Assembly (NCBI GenBank): GCA_000934665.2 | Contig: KZ538113.1 | Span: 1 to 64,000, forward strand | Direction of reading: 5' to 3' | From: Catajapyx aquilonaris | Lineage: Eukaryota | DNA length: 64,000 nt | Shown here: positions 63,938 to 64,000 of the stretch, piece by piece | How positions within the stretch are numbered: position 1 is the stretch's first letter | How the letters are laid out: each line of letters opens with the position of its first letter | The notes under the pieces: generated by a model | What the model was told of the DNA's origin: nothing | Seen by the model: only the letters and a program-made list of their open reading frames with translations | Databases searched by the model: none | Program-made: the position numbers and the translations under genes

Positions 63938-64000
63938 TATAAACATCTCGAGGGGGCGCAATATGCACATAAGCAGATGGAAGTGACAAGCACGGTAAAT

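Noticed and set aside
54527..64000. Search for MCU exon 1 (ATG, Arg-rich presequence, phase-0 donor) on the minus strand
   Set aside because: No convincing candidate; for example the ATG near 63639 hits a stop before the nearby donor. Exon 1 probably lies beyond the window.

Overview
Eukaryotic, intron-rich genomic DNA, most likely from an arthropod (TCAGT initiator plus DPE promoter, (CT)n microsatellites, many MITEs, short N gaps in G/C runs). The window is dominated by a minus-strand mitochondrial calcium uniporter (MCU) gene. Five coding exons splice together with consistent phases: 54403-54523/54526, 22242-22412, 21111-21376, 19961-20164 and 18446-18715. They give about 343 aa including the WDIMEP filter; the first exon was not found and probably lies beyond the window. 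The ~32-kb intron between the first two of these exons holds a complete three-coding-exon gene on the opposite strand (43244-43479, 45767-46043, 47868-49328; 657 aa). It is probably the homologue of Drosophila javelin, inferred from recalled fly linkage plus motifs and not confirmed. Left of MCU there is a well-spaced Inr+DPE promoter (+1 at 10244, minus strand) for an unidentified gene running off the left edge. Non-coding DNA carries many palindromic non-autonomous DNA transposons (two cases of one nested in another), Helitron-like ends and several minisatellites. These include a 17-unit CAGATGGCG array that fills an MCU intron. Most of the supplied short ORFs are noise, and no prokaryotic-type systems were seen.
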